Positions 40,089-55,100 of a stretch of DNA of 64,000 bases are shown in pieces. Every line of letters starts with the position of its first letter. Position 1 is the first letter of the stretch. The DNA is from Enoplolaimus lenunculus (Eukaryota): positions 372,001 to 436,000 of the forward strand of contig JASANG010002792.1 in assembly GCA_030248215.1 (NCBI GenBank), in the 5' to 3' direction. The notes under the pieces were generated by a model, which searched no databases, was not told the DNA's origin, and was given only the letters and a program-made list of their open reading frames with translations. The position numbers were made by a program, and so were the translations under genes.

Positions 40089-40355
40089 CTAGTCCAATTC
40101 GGAATTGGGCTGAGTTATGACTTGGGCTGCCACATATATTCATCCGCCACAAATTTTGTGAAGAGTTTTTAACTTTACGTTTTCACTGGATTGCGTAATA
40201 AATGAAAGATTGTAAATCTGAAGTCAATTTTTGTAAAGTCGAACAAACAGCCCTTTGTTAAAGTAACCTCTCATAACTTGGCGCCTGAGACCCTGATTCT
40301 AAAGTTCATATTCATAAAACAGTAAAAAGTAAACATGAGACATGCTTGTCAGTTA

Positions 40356-40468
40356 GAGAGGCGGGCTGCGTGGCACAGTGGTAGAGCGTTCGTTTAAGGA
40401 TCCGCTGGTTTGAAGTTCGATACTTGCTCTGTAAGCCCGCTTTTCCAGCTGCTTAGTTAAAAGGTCTG
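40356..40468 (+). mobile_element. tRNA-derived SINE (family T2, copy 2)
   Basis: GGCGGGCTGCGTGGCACAGTGGTAGAGCG..GTTCGATAC..GCCCGCTTTTCCAGCTGCTTAGTTAAAAGGTCTG. Matches 32572-32681. Confidence 0.75.
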
Positions 40469-40544
40469 AAGTAATGGTTTCTATATAACTTCAGGTTGCC
40501 TTTCATGATTTACATTGTTTTACAGCAATACATATCCCCACTGT

Positions 40545-40969
40545 TATAGATGGGCACCAGATATCGGGATACGAAAAATATCCCAAATGAAATACATATC
40601 CGTCCGGATATCCGAAATACTACTGTGTAAAAAATTTTTTGGAATAATTTGCAATGTTTCACCTCTAAAGCCCCTGAGCTGAGGAAAAGAAATTCTGCTT
40701 TCAAACCCGGTCAGAATATTGAGCTAAATTCTTGACGATTTTTGTGGATAGATTTGGTTTTTCGGTTTGGGTCAAGGTACTTCCCTTAGAGCAACAAGTT
40801 AAAACCACTGCTTGAGAAACGAGATCGAAATCCAAAAAACGCAAAATCGAGTTTTGGATATGCGAAACAGAAATATTTAATTTCGGCTACCCAGATATAT
40901 ATCCAGATAAATATCCGGCAAGAATTGCCGGATATCCGGATATGAAAAAATAACCGATGCCCATCACTA
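40545..40969. mobile_element. MITE with TAGATGGGCA / TGCCCATCACTA ends and CCGGATAT subterminal repeats
   Basis: Inverted termini. A related left end lies at about 11370-11460. Confidence 0.55.
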
Positions 40970-42919
40970 CTTTTTATAGTTAACACACAGCGATAATTGT
41001 TGTGCGCTTCAAAATCGTAACACTTCGCACGCGATTTGTAATACATGACGAAAAGAGTAGTAAACCATAGCCTTGAAATTCAATATCTCAAAAAGCCAAG
41101 TACAGTGGATGTGGTCAAAAACAACGAGTAACAAATGTAAACAGATCCGTTTATAATTGTTAATACATATGAGAGCACCTTCTATCCTGTATACACAGAT
41201 TAAGATGAACACGATATTACCAACAACAACGTCACAACATAGATGCTGCAGAAAAAGCTAACAAGTAATTAACACGCGATTGCACTCGGTAGAAATTCAA
41301 CAAAAATACAGATTAAACAATGATTTTTTTTACCAGAACGACAGCTAATTTGGCTGCAACTTTGTTGACCTACAACACGGATATGCATGCTACACTTCAT
41401 AACAGCTGTTACGATTTTCTAAAAACATTTTGTTGTCTTACATCTTTATACAAATTTACTAAAATATTTGAACACAGCGACATAGAAGTGGTACAAGTAA
41501 TCGTTGTAGACTTGATTTTGTTTAGGGCGTCCAAAGACCTTAAATCATACTTAAACATTTTTACGCTTTACCTCAGTCTTAACTTCGCGTAATTGGTAAA
41601 TATCGGGTGTTTGCGAGGAATAGGATTGATCAAAAACGCGATGACACTAAATCGTGCGACCAAATTTTTTTCGAATACTAATACAAATATACAAACTAAA
41701 ATTTGACTTTAGTAACTAAAACACGTACGCAAACATTAAGTCATAGACAATTTTTAAAATATAATATATAGAACAAAATCAAAGCCATAAAACATAATAT
41801 GCTGATACTAGATAAACATGACTGGAGAATAACAAATTATGCTGCCACCTGATAACTTTAGGATTGTTCAGTTGGATTTTTTCCCGTATATCAACCTGGA
41901 TGCTCCAAAACATTGCGTGTGATCTTTAAATTTTTTTTGCGTATTTAAACACTTTAAACACGTATTAGCTTCTCCGAATCATGCCTCACCAAATTTAAAA
42001 TTTTAAAAAAATTTGGAAAAAACCTGTCAAGATTAGAAATTACTTTAACTGTGATTTAATATAAATGTAGATTGTTCTCCAGTAGCAATAACCCAAATTG
42101 TATATTATGGTATACCTAGAAATTGTGTAACGAGTAGCAAACCAACATCAGAAACAGACACGTTAACCTATTGGCTCTGCAACCAAAAATTATGATTCAC
42201 AGGGAGTATTAAAAATGCTGCGCGTTAATAACACAATTTTATAGAAAAACAGTGAAACATCGATCCCAATGTTTTCCGAAAGAAAGTACCATAGTGATTA
42301 TTGGCGAAGGTACGCAATTTGGCCTTGGCTGACGTTTGTACATGTGTTATATAGCAAAACGTTGAAGCTGAAAGGGCCATAACTTTTGGACCGGAGGTCC
42401 TGTAGCCTGAAAGATGATACCGCTGAACTCAGCTGGCCGAAATCTAGTTTTTCATTAATTCCTAGGTAGGGTGCGACCGGATATTAATTTACCGGATACC
42501 GGATATTGTATATATTGAAATAATTTATTTTTTCGCTGTATTTTTAGTGTGCTCAAGGTTTTCGTCTGTTATAGATTTTATAATTGCTGCTGATAAACTG
42601 AAATAATACAATAATGCGTTTAACGATCGCTCACTTAAGTTAAAAAAACTAAAACGTATTGAAACTTGAATTTCTTGGCCTGCCCAGAAATGTAGGATTA
42701 AAGACGCTTACTTGCAAAAAGCAAATTTATGATATGCGGCACCACAACGATAAATATCTATACCGGATACCGAAACTGGTTACGGATATCAGTATTTGCC
42801 GGATAATAAACCGGAACCGCATATCCGGTCGCACCCCGCTCCTAAGGGTTCATATTCCGTACATCCCCCGTAATAATTCATGTTCGAAATGCTTGCTACT
42901 CATTGCTTTTTGCAAAACA

Positions 42920-43097
42920 TTACTCAACTGTAATTTCACCACCGTACTGTGCCATCACGTACATTAGAACTAAACCGGTAAGAATTCCTATTGACTGAAC
43001 AGATAATACTTGAAGCGTTTTCCAGATCCCGTGTGGTATCGCTTTGTCAACGGATGTGTTCATTTCAGGCACCTGAAAACGAAAAAAATGAAATGAA

Positions 43098-43194
<97 letters not shown>

Positions 43195-46100
43195 TATATA
43201 TAATATATACTAAGGTTACGATAGCCATATCATCTTATAGATCCATATTAACCGTGGATCTGTCCACTAAGCCTAAAGTCAACGCCTAAACATAAACCTA
43301 AGACACCCAGTCTTCTTATCTCACGTGGGCAAAGTTATCTTGTTAAAAACGCTACAGCAAACACTAAACAGCAACCAATTTTGCACAACACGTTATTATA
43401 TGCACAACGTTTGATTTATTATCCAAACAAGTACGTTAAATCTCACTAAACACGGTGTGTTGATGATTACACGAAAATAAGTCAGGAAACAAATAATCAG
43501 TACACTTAGGTGCGACAAAACTGATGATTTCGTATATTCCTTGAATTACTGACATATTGGCGTGAAACCATTTGATTCAAAAACTTATTTAGATGCCTGA
43601 GTACTTCACTCAGGGTTGGAATCGTCAACGGCTTAAATATTGGGCACGTGAGCCTTAGCGATATAGAGTAAGTTCGGCGCCCGTGAGACGAAGTACACCG
43701 GTGCCGCGCGCGACCTTTCTGACTCATAAGCCGATGAAACACAGCGTAGGTTTGATATTTTGTATTAATATTTAGATAAGTGTTTTATTTCTGCTCCAGC
43801 AGACAAGATGCGTTGTGTGATAATTTCTGTTCGCAGAATATATTTGTGCGGGTATCAATAACAATTCGTCGCTCGACACCTTGTCGTCCAACAGTGTCCT
43901 AAAGCCTATGGGTAAATCTAAGCATAATCCTGAGCATATCACAAGCACAAGCGTAGTAATGGGTAACGAATTGTCGAGTCGACGGTAAATTTTGGGTCAA
44001 GATACTGTCTATATTTTGATTTAGATTTAGTTGGTAAACTAAACTGGGTATCGAATTGCCGTATCCTTGAAACCTCTGCTAGGGTATTTACTTTCGTTCA
44101 CACTAGTGTTAATTTAAAAGACGAAAGTTTTCCCCTTACAGCGTTTGCATAATTACAACGTAATATGTTTTAGGCTTGGGTTCAGCTTCGGGTTATGCTT
44201 AAGCATAGATTTAATCTCAAACTTAGGCTATACTATTATGGCTCGGCAAGTAAACACGTACCCCTTACCCTTATATAAATGGTCTTTAACCTGCAAAACA
44301 GTACAAAGCATTACCATCACCACCACCATTACCACTGCGATTTTTATTATACAGAGATTATCTTAGGATCTGCAAAAACTAATCTGGCTTCGCGTTTTTT
44401 GGAATACCTTTGCACAGTTACATATTAGGGTTCAACCGGATACCAAAAATACAAGAGCCGGATTGTCGGATAATTAAGTACAGATACCAACAAAAAATTA
44501 CATCCAATTATGCTAATTTAGTGGTATATACTTGCTATATGTTGTAATTTTGCTTTCACAAGAGTCTTAGTGATAAGTTGTGTTTCTTGAAGTGGTTATG
44601 TTTGTCATTTCGAACAAAGTACACAGCGAATATTGTGACTTTGTTCGTTATGTTATACCTTTCAGCAATAAATATCCGACAATGCCTAATAACGAAGCTG
44701 TATGTCAATATTTTGCCGGAGCCGGATATCCAATTGAATCCATTACATACGTTGTTTGTATGTAGACAGTGTTTATCGTTGCCTATTCTTAACCAAAATA
44801 TGCATTGGACGGTCCTACCTGGTGCCTATAAATTGCCAAAGTTCTAGAAAATTCCAAAATAACAATGACCTTGTAAAGAAAACCATAGAAATTAAAAACA
44901 ACCAAGTTATTTTTTACATCTATGACCTCACTGCCAAAAATACGGCATAAACAACAATAATTGTGGTACTGTTTTTTGGAAAAACAGCAATTTACGGGTC
45001 ATATATAGTTGTCAACACTTCAACAGTTGTTTTTTTGCAAAACTGAAAGTTATGCTGGACAAAAAGCGACCAGAATGCCAGCTTTGATTGGACAAAACAA
45101 AAGCAAAATATCCTAAATACACGTAAAGTGCAATCGGATTGAAAAAAATACCGACTCCGCACAGCGCATCACTTTGGGTTTAGTATGAAATAATGCAAAT
45201 CCAGTAGTGTGTCCGCTCACAGATGAGCAACTTTACTAAGCTTATTTATTTACATGTGCAAAGACCTAGCTGGGATTCCATTTCGGGCGGCTTATAACGT
45301 CAGTTGGCTTGTAGAATCTAGCGGGTTTCGGTTAATCGAACGTTTTTAAATAAGTGCCTTATCACCTATCCGGGATTTCAACGGAGGGAGAGGGATATAT
45401 GGAAATTTTCCAGTAATCCTTTCCTTGTATACCTACACTATAGTATGCCTTTCAATGTTTACCAAATTTGTTTTGCCATTCCGAAAATTGATTATAAAAT
45501 ACACAATAATGTAAAATTTTCCACAGTCACAAAACCGGTAAAACGATTCACACCTTCGGACTGTGCTATTTTGCTATATGAACTGCGAAACAAACATGTT
45601 GTAATATCGCATAACAATGACAAAAGTAAAAAATCAAAACAAATTGTAGCGCATCTGGACTGGATGCATACCATATTTGCAAGCGAAATATACAGAAACA
45701 TTCCACCCGCAAGGCCAAAGATATAAACGGACGCTTCAGCTAGTTCGCCGACAAGCACTCCAAGCACAAAGCCAAGATAGCACGTCGCTGCCGACAGTAG
45801 ATTGTACACAAATGCCTGACGCAAGCTCATACCAGCACTGAGCAATATCGCAACGTCTCCTGTAATGATAAATGAGAATAAATCAATGTAGTTTCAATGA
45901 TTACAGCAATATTTCGACTTGCTCTAAGGTCAAAAAGTTTATTATATGATTTCTTTAGTTCTACTGTATCGAATCTCTTCGTCGTTAACTAATTTTAAAA
46001 CCTCGTGGCAGCGATGGGAGTGTCGGTCTCGGTTTCTGGCAAGTCTCGGTATATGGCAGGTCTCAGTCTCGGTTTTTAGTCTCAGTGGTGTCGAACCGAG

Positions 46101-49100
46101 ACCAGAAGTCGAAGATTCAGCAAATGTATGGCTGTATTGTTGAAGGAAGTTATACCTGATAAATACAATTTCTCTGTGAATTTATGAATTTTTATATAGC
46201 TATGCAATAATTATTAGCATAGATTATATTCTGATAAAACACAGTTACTATAAAAACATAAAAACAACGAAAAAACATAAAAAATAATTTATATATATTG
46301 AAAGTTTTAACCAAAAATTAACCGAGACCGAAACTTTTCATGTCCGGTCTAGATAGCTAGGCCTTGGTTTTTACCCTAGACCGCCCATCCCTGCCTAATA
46401 GCAGGAATACATTGTAAAATAACAAAAACAAATTACACGTCCGCAACTACGTGCGGGTGGGGTGGTGGCAAGAGGGTGCCCCTACATACACATTCGCACC
46501 ATGCATGGCCAGTTTTTTCAACTGCATTAGAAAATTCTGTCAGAAAATTTTTGCTTGCCCCCTCTGGAAATATTTGTTCCTCTTTTGCTCAGAAAAAATC
46601 CTGAATGCAGGAAGATGGTTATTTTCAATTAATCAGAGAGCACGTAAATTTCGCTAGTTACGCAAAACGCAACTTAAGTGAAAATTTCCTGACACATCGT
46701 AAACGCCGTGTTTAGCACAGTACATAATATTGATTGATTGTATTGTACTTAATGCTTAATTGATTGTGCTGCTTTATTTGAAACTACAGCCGTTTAACTT
46801 TCGCTATTTCATGTATAAACATTAACAAACGCGTATGTGTAATGCAACTACAGAAAAACTATTTCAAAGCAAAAGTAAAGTAAATGATACATATGTGAAA
46901 AATAAGCAACCCAAAGTACGCCTCATATGTAATATGCACTCAAATTAATTTTCTACAATATATGTCCTGTGCAGGATGCGACCGGATACCAAAAACTGCC
47001 GGAGCCGGATAATCTAATATTCGGCCGGAGCCGGATATCCGGTCGCACCCTGGTACTGTGGTATTTTTTCACACGGCGCGAGGCTAAACTAGGTTTAACT
47101 ACTAACGTTCTTTCAAAAAAAATTTCGGCACGTTTCCGATAAGTGCCCGCATTGTGGGTACAAACGGGAAAGACAAATTTTTTCTACGGCCGTATTTTCA
47201 GTTAGGAATGTTTCTGATACAAATGATGTTGACTCGTTAACCTAGCCATGTGTTCAACTATGCACACTTCGCATCGTACCAAGCTCGTGTGGAAACTCTT
47301 CACACAGCACCGCCAGCGAAACACTAATGCCACTGAATACACGCTGAGAAAACGCGGCACCAATTGACAGCCCATCGATGAAATTGTGCAGCCCATCGCC
47401 AAAAATAATCATCCACGCAACTGTACCGATTACACTATCACCCGGTTTGAATTCGATGTCATGATCGTGCGGACACATCGCGTGCGCTGTTTTCACTGTC
47501 TGAAATTTATATTCTTTTCGGAATGTCGGCAGCGTCAACGAAAAGTTTAGTCGGAACGAGACGAGACAGTGTTTGAGACTAAACATACTTGAGTCCCACC
47601 AGAAATTTTTGGTGACTTCAGATGACATTGAGACTTCAGTTCGTCATTTAAACTTAAGAAATTGCAATTTCTGAGTTTTCAATAAACTCACCGCAATGAA
47701 CACTGCAACGTGTCAAATTTCTGAAGCGTAATAATATGATCAGAGCAGTTCCCAGCACTGCCGATGTCTATCCCATCAACAAAACAGCCAGGCCCGCTGT
47801 TTAAGCAAACAATTAATTACTGCTTGCAACTTTCCAATATATAGCGAAATCAATTTGAAGCCGTAATAATGTCGTTTTTGTGGTTTTTAGCACTTAGATT
47901 TCTCGAATCAATTTGCATGCGCTGTTTAATATTAGTTTTCCAACACCATTTTAGCATGCGCAATAGAATACCTATGCGCCTTCTACTAACGTGGAAAACC
48001 GATTGATTAAGTAAGTTTCAAAGAAATCTAATGGAATTGCGAGAAAAAAAATCTTCTTCATAGTATCCACAGAAAACTATTGGCTACTTCCATCACAGCG
48101 AAATCTACAACACTGAGATAACGTTTACACGAAATATTTGGGTTATAACGCAAGCAAATTATACACCTATTTTGACGTTTTGCAAGCAGAAATCTAGGCG
48201 TCCGTACGCGTATATATGTAACCTACGTATATGATTACATATACATACTTGTACAGGGTTATTTCAGCATGCAGAACTTTTTACTTCATTTTACTCGAAC
48301 ATTAATATCGTGTTGTGCGTCTAAATAGCAAGCGCGAAGCCGTTAGCTGATATTGTCTGTTTTACTTCGATCAATTGCTGTACAGTACTATATTCGGTGC
48401 TTTATTTAATTGGGTTTGAAATTTTGTATCAAATTCATTGCAGCTATAACGCAAAACTTCACCACTAATCTTTATAATACTGGTCTCACTGACGGCGCGG
48501 GTAAAAGGTGGCTCGCAGGTAGATCTTTTCAGTGCGGATATACCCGCGGGTACATAAACCTTATTTGCGTGGGTAAAGCGCGGGTCGAGTAAAAAATAAA
48601 AATCCTTACCGACATCCCACTCTGGTTACTTGTACAATGCGTATAAAATATCAAGCGTGAAAGCGCTATATTCTATACCGTGACTCCAACAACTATTTTG
48701 TCTCAGCTGTAGCTGGGCCGAAACAGGCACTAATTATTCTGATGTATAGACCAGACAAGAGTTGTAACAAAAACACTTTCATATTTACACTGCCAATCAG
48801 ATTCAGCCTACTTTAAAGCGCGGCCCAGTGAACTACGAAGCACATTATTATTTTATAAAATAATGTAGTGAATGATAAATATGTTCTTTTGTAAAAATGC
48901 CAGCGAAAGAAGCAAATTTTTAGCACAAGTAACGAACATTTTTAAGGAAAACGTATCTCAACGAATGTTTAGGATACAACCTTTGTGTTAAAATCTAAAA
49001 TGGTGTGCAAAAATTTAGTTGAGTTGGCTTTCTCACTGATTTTCGCCCAATAACCCACTGGTTGTATAAACTGCATGCGCATAATATGGCGCAAAACTGA

Positions 49101-52100
49101 GAAATAATCAACCAATCGTTCCCAATATCGCTAAATCTGATATTATGTTTCCTGCAAAATTTTAAAAAATCTTGACCATGTGCCCGCTTAAATACATCAT
49201 AGCCATTTCAGCTTCGGACTTCCGGTATAAATACCAGTCGCGACAAATTGTCAAAAAGAAAACAAAGAAACTATAATAATCTACTGGCAGATTCAACTAC
49301 TTTAAATGCTATACATCTACGAGTACAAGTTACATAACATAATACATACCACAGAATGGTTTTTACTTGATATTCGCTGAAAGGACATTAAGTATGTACA
49401 CCCTTACAAGCACAATAGAATTAGACTTGAATGATAAATGGAAGCCTAACCAATTTAATCTGTGCTGTGGGAACTTACCAAACACATTGTACCCTCCCTA
49501 TTTTCTGCATCTATATCAATATTCAAAAATTTTAATACACTCAATAAATGCTATGACTTTACCAATATTGTGCAACCTACCCTTATTTCTGTCTAAAACA
49601 TTTGGTGTCAAAGCTTATCCCTAAATAGTTCTTGTTCGCTCAAGTGAAGATACAATCATAGTGATAGCGATAAATGTCCATTGCACTCAAGCGCCACTGG
49701 ATTGTTGACATAGATATTTATCTAATTATTCAGGTTCTGTCACAATAACATCGAAAGATGAAGCATTTTTTCGGCATTTCTTTTAAATAACAATCATATT
49801 CGCGTTCTACACAAAGATTATATATTTACAGGAGACAAGCTGGGACAAGCTAATTATTAACAGATATTTTGGAAAAAGAAGTTAATGAAATATATATCGT
49901 AGCCCTCCGTTTGAAAAGGGTCAGACAACATGTCAATGCACTCACGAAAATGAGTAGCATTATTGCAAGAGCCAATAGTAGCAACAAATAGAACGTCAAG
50001 TTTTCTTTTTCACAACACACAACGCATAGCTCTAATGCGGCGTTCCCAATATAAAATTCACGCTTGCAACGAAAACTGTGTTGGTGTAGGCGTGAGTTAA
50101 CGACTAACCGTTAAAACACATTATAAATTTTTCGCTGACATTCTCTAAACACTGCTGCAGATCATGAATTTAATATTGTGAATGGCGCATTACACTTAAA
50201 ACACGCTATGACCAACCTGTCGATTGAGAGAACTAATCGAAACATTGAAATCAGGTTTCATTTTCACACTCAACAACGGCTGTGGACGTGGTCCTCCTAC
50301 TGCGATCTTGGGCTTGCATTCACCTCCTGGCATATCTCTGTCCGTAAAACGAATGGCTTTTTTGTCAATCTCGTTTCTTGCACCAGCTAAGACAATATTC
50401 TCGTCGGTTGTACGTGACGAAATATCAACAGAATCGACTTCATTGGTTTTGTTCACGGTATTAGTTGCTTTTGAATCTCCATCACCCTGTCCGCCACCAC
50501 AAGACACACATAGCTTTCCAGTTTCGACCAAATCTACGCATTTTCCAACATTCTGGCACATCATACCATCACCAGGCAATTTCTATACATAACATAAATA
50601 AATACTTTTATCTACTTCAGTAATAACAAAGCATTACTCAGTCACATTATTTTTCTACAAACCTAAAAGCGTACCATGTTTTAGCGCAGTTCTCAGAGTC
50701 AGGGTGGAACCGGAATTTTGGTCCCGGCATTTTATTGACCTTGCGGTTCCGGGATTATTAAAATCTAAAATACAACAGATAAAGTGAATAACTATCTCCG
50801 ACTAGAGTTATTTCACCAATAACATAGCAAAACGAAAATTAAAATGAATTTTTCGGTGGCATGTATTTTTCATTTTCCGGTTCCGGTTCCGCTTACGATA
50901 ATTTTTCCAATTCCGGCTCCGGTTTCGGTAAATTGTAATTCCGGTAGTTCCCTGCTCACAGTACAATATAGTGCGTTCCGATTTGTGGGCAGCTTTTGAA
51001 AAATTAATTCGCGAACGCTCAGTAGAAAAGCAAATATCATAGAACAAAAGTATTATATTCTTTAAGACAACTTCTAAATTTCAATTTTAATTTCAGTTAA
51101 AAGTGCAATCAGGATTGGAAAGGAATATTAACAGGAATCAGAATTTCATTTGCACTTGCAATCACAAAAAAACTACATTAGTTATACAGTACTATTCAGC
51201 AGTGCCACATTTACAGTTACTACATCTATATCTATCATGATTTACCAAGTATTACAAAAGGAAAAATTTCTAGTCTGTAGTCTTTCTTACAAAAGACAGT
51301 TTTCGCAAACAAATCAAACCATACATGACACTAAACACTGCAAGCGAGGATAATTGCAGTAGACTTAGGAATCTTTGCTACAAGCAATAATATATACCTA
51401 CGATGCGATGAACTTATGAAAAACGTGAAACCATGTCCGCGATTAGTACATAGTTCTAACAGTTTCACAGCCATTACACCATAATATAGGGCGAAACAGA
51501 CAACTGGTGAAAGATGTTAACCCATTCGAAAACAAAAGACAAGTTTCGTTTTGAAGCGATGTATGTTGTAGAGTTGATTCGGGTCCGGTACTAACCGGGG
51601 CAATGTTAGAACACTTAAGATAACTTAACCATCAACATGAGCGGTAAACGGTTCACATCCGATTTCAATACTGATTCCGATTAAATTAAGTTCCGTTTGG
51701 CACCCATTGTATGTGTTTCGTATGAAGTTGTAACTGTTAGTTTTCTTAAATTTAACATGTTGAAACTTAATGTTTCGCGCGATTTTAACATTTTCAAACT
51801 AAAGCCGAGCGTGACAGAATTTGTTTTCATTGCAAATCAATTAAGGATTCTATGTAAAAACTGGCAACGGCAAATAACGTGTTGGCACTGCGCAATCTCT
51901 AGTATGTAGATAAATACGCCGCATAATTCATTGTCTTAAATCAAGTGTCGACGTTTAAAAGATCGAATCAGTCAATAAGAAACAGCTTGCACATTAGACA
52001 CAAAGTACCTACGTATATTAAGCTGTGATCAATCAAAACAGGACATAAATTGTAACTCCGTATATACAATACGTGCCTCCACCAAGTGTGCTAAACAGCT

Positions 52101-55100
52101 AAACTGTAAGCTTCAATTTTTAACATTTCTGTTTATTGTTTCTACTGTTATTGGAAATCGTTAGTCTAGAGATAAATAATCTTTCTAAACAACGTTGTTA
52201 AAACGTGGCAAATAATGTAACAGTCTGATGACTCATAATATCTGGCATTGTGACCGAAATATACAGCAAAATGCGTCAGGGAATATACTTACTTCAGCGT
52301 CAATTCCATTAAGTCCACTTATTTGCATTATTGCCGTTTCAGTACTGTCTGGTGATAAATCAATATTCATTACATCATATCGTAGCAAGGCGGCATCAGA
52401 CTAAAATCGGAGAAAAACTGTGAAATTTTAGTCACATCTTGCTTTCACAATAGCCATCTTTTGTTACAAAACTGCATTTAAACACAAATGCAACAATATT
52501 CACAAACAGAAAAATAAAAACTTTAAATGCAATGAACTTTAATTTCTATTCCGCTCAAAACCAAGTATTATCAAAAATCAAAATCTTTCCGTTCATTATT
52601 TCGGAAAGATAAATGTGGTGTGTATATGACACCTTGAACGTACTTGTCTTGAGCTTTCGCTCATATCCCGCGCTTTTGAACTAACTCCTAGATTGAATGC
52701 TTTTTTAGCTGAAGAACATCTACAATCAGGACTTGTATCACTGTGAGCAAAGTGTGGAGCGGCCTGGTCGATGTCGTGACCCTGGCAATTGTCTGGTTCA
52801 GCAATTGCAAACTGTCGTGAAGATTGCGTGTGCTTTGCTTTCTTAAAATAATACTCGGAAGAGTTCACAAATGAATATAAGACAATTAAAAACGTCGCAT
52901 GAACAAACTGGCAATCATTTTTTGGTTCTGTGAAGCTAAACTATAAATGATGCAGAATTTTTATGCAACATATCACAAGTCTGATTAAAGTTAAATGTCA
53001 AAATTCATATTCCAATTCATTGTGCAATCGGAATCGGAACTCGTTTTGAATAGGAATTCTAGTCGGAATTGGAATTCCGGTTGCACTCTGACATTTTGAT
53101 ATATACGCATGCCAGGGTGCAAACGGAATTCCGATTTTAATTTACTGACGTATAATATTGAGCAAAGTCGAACATAATTATACACAAATTAACCCACTAC
53201 GGTTTCGCTAGTGCAGTTAACCTCTCAACATGACGAATTATCTCCACATTCCGACACCTGCCCCGCAAGAGCAAAAACAAGTCTAAACACAAATGGCAAA
53301 TTTGCAGAGTATATATGATACAAACCATGGCAGGGTGAAACCGGATATCTGGTTCTGGTTTACTCCCCGGTGAAACAACTATCTATCCGTTTCCGCTATC
53401 TATACAGCATAAAATTATCGGATATTACAGTTTTCCAATAATGGGCCATTGCAGTTTTTCGCAAGATTATATACTACTGCAAATCAGAGTGTTTCAGCTG
53501 TTTCAGTGGTGAATAAGAACAGAAACAAAAGTTTATTCATATTTGTGTAAGCTCTAAATGCAACTCAATTTCTTCCCACAGCCATATTCCATATCGCCCC
53601 AGCATTATTCACCAAGCAGTGTGGCTTCTCCAGTATTAACTGGATTGCGAAAATTAACTTTTCCAAACGAGTGAAAACCTTATTCAAAATGAGCAAACGA
53701 GTTACAAAAAGTGCAAATGTGCAGTACTTATTCTATTTTAAATACAATTCATACCATAACTACCTTTCTATGTTCGCTATAAATCTTTATAAATCGATCA
53801 GCAAAGAAAAACAGGTACACACCAGCGACTGCCATCCAAGCTTTTTGCAAATACGTATGGTGAGGATCTCTAAATTCATCCACGGCACCGAAAGCCTGCA
53901 GAAATTTAAAAAATCATGTAGGACCAATCAGTTTGATTGTACGCATTTGAACATTGCTGCTCATGATAATACGCATGCCAGGTTATAAAGAATATGGCGT
54001 TAGCTAATACGAAGGTGCGATTAATTTTGTTGCAACATAAAATATCATAAAATTTCACTTCACATTAGTGGCTTAATGGTCTGTTTGTTTACGACACCTT
54101 TTCCTTTGTACCATGGTTGGCACAATGATAAAAACATAATGAGAATTGTACCTGAGGCAGTAGGTGAAAAATAGCGCTGCCGCACAACGAGCCAACGCCA
54201 AGACCAACGAAGTATGTCAGAAGTTGGTAGTACAACTGTTTCTTCAATAACGGCATCAAAGCTATGCCAATAATGGCACTGAATGTTATGATCGTTACAA
54301 AGAGCAGACCATATCCCCAAACTAAAAACAAAATAATTTTTTTCATATGTATTCTATACATTAAAATATACTTATGTGTTTGCACTAAATAACATAACGT
54401 GCTAAATTTCTGCACTCCGGACCCAGGGCACCACAAAAACCCAAAAAATAATTAGTTCCGTATAGAATGAAGCATGAAGAGGTACAAATAGTATTAGTTG
54501 CCAACCTTCAAGTTGTGTGGGTTTTTCATTGACACTCATCGACATGTTCGATAAACCTGCGAACCCATGTGAAAAACACAGTTGCTCCCAATATGAACAG
54601 TTCTCCAGTAAAAACTGCATAATTAACGGTATATAGTTAAACGAAATAGACAAACCTAAAATAAATATAACTTTTCGGTCAAACAAAAATATACCACATG
54701 ACAAGCTGAAAAGCACAAGAAATATTATAATGAAACAGATGAAACAAACGCCAAAAATTACATCTTAAACACTCCCAACTAGTTTTGAAACTAGCTACGT
54801 AAAATCCTATGAACAACTTTCGTATTATACCAACTAAATAATGACAAACAGCGATGGGAGAAAATATTGCTACATGCTTTCGTCGAACGTGTCGGTGAGT
54901 CCATTTGAATTAAACAAACAATTGGTCTTTAAATATTCTTTCCATTTCTCATATGCACGCTGTAGTTTTCTTTTGCCCGACAATTTCTAAACAGTGAACA
55001 ATCAGATTCAGCTGATGCCAAATATCCATAACGATGAAGTTGCTACACAACAATTGTTGTATAGTATAAAACTTTTACTAGTACCGTTTAGATTAATAAT

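Noticed and set aside
43073..43228. ORFs with poly-(IY) tracts
   Set aside because: These are translations of an intronic (TA)n microsatellite. Only 42920-43072 is a real exon.
50224..50592. 122-aa plus-strand ORF (likewise 13355-13576, 14283-14552, 34968-35225, 31200-31391)
   Set aside because: These are antisense shadows of real exons or of the PolB pseudogene.
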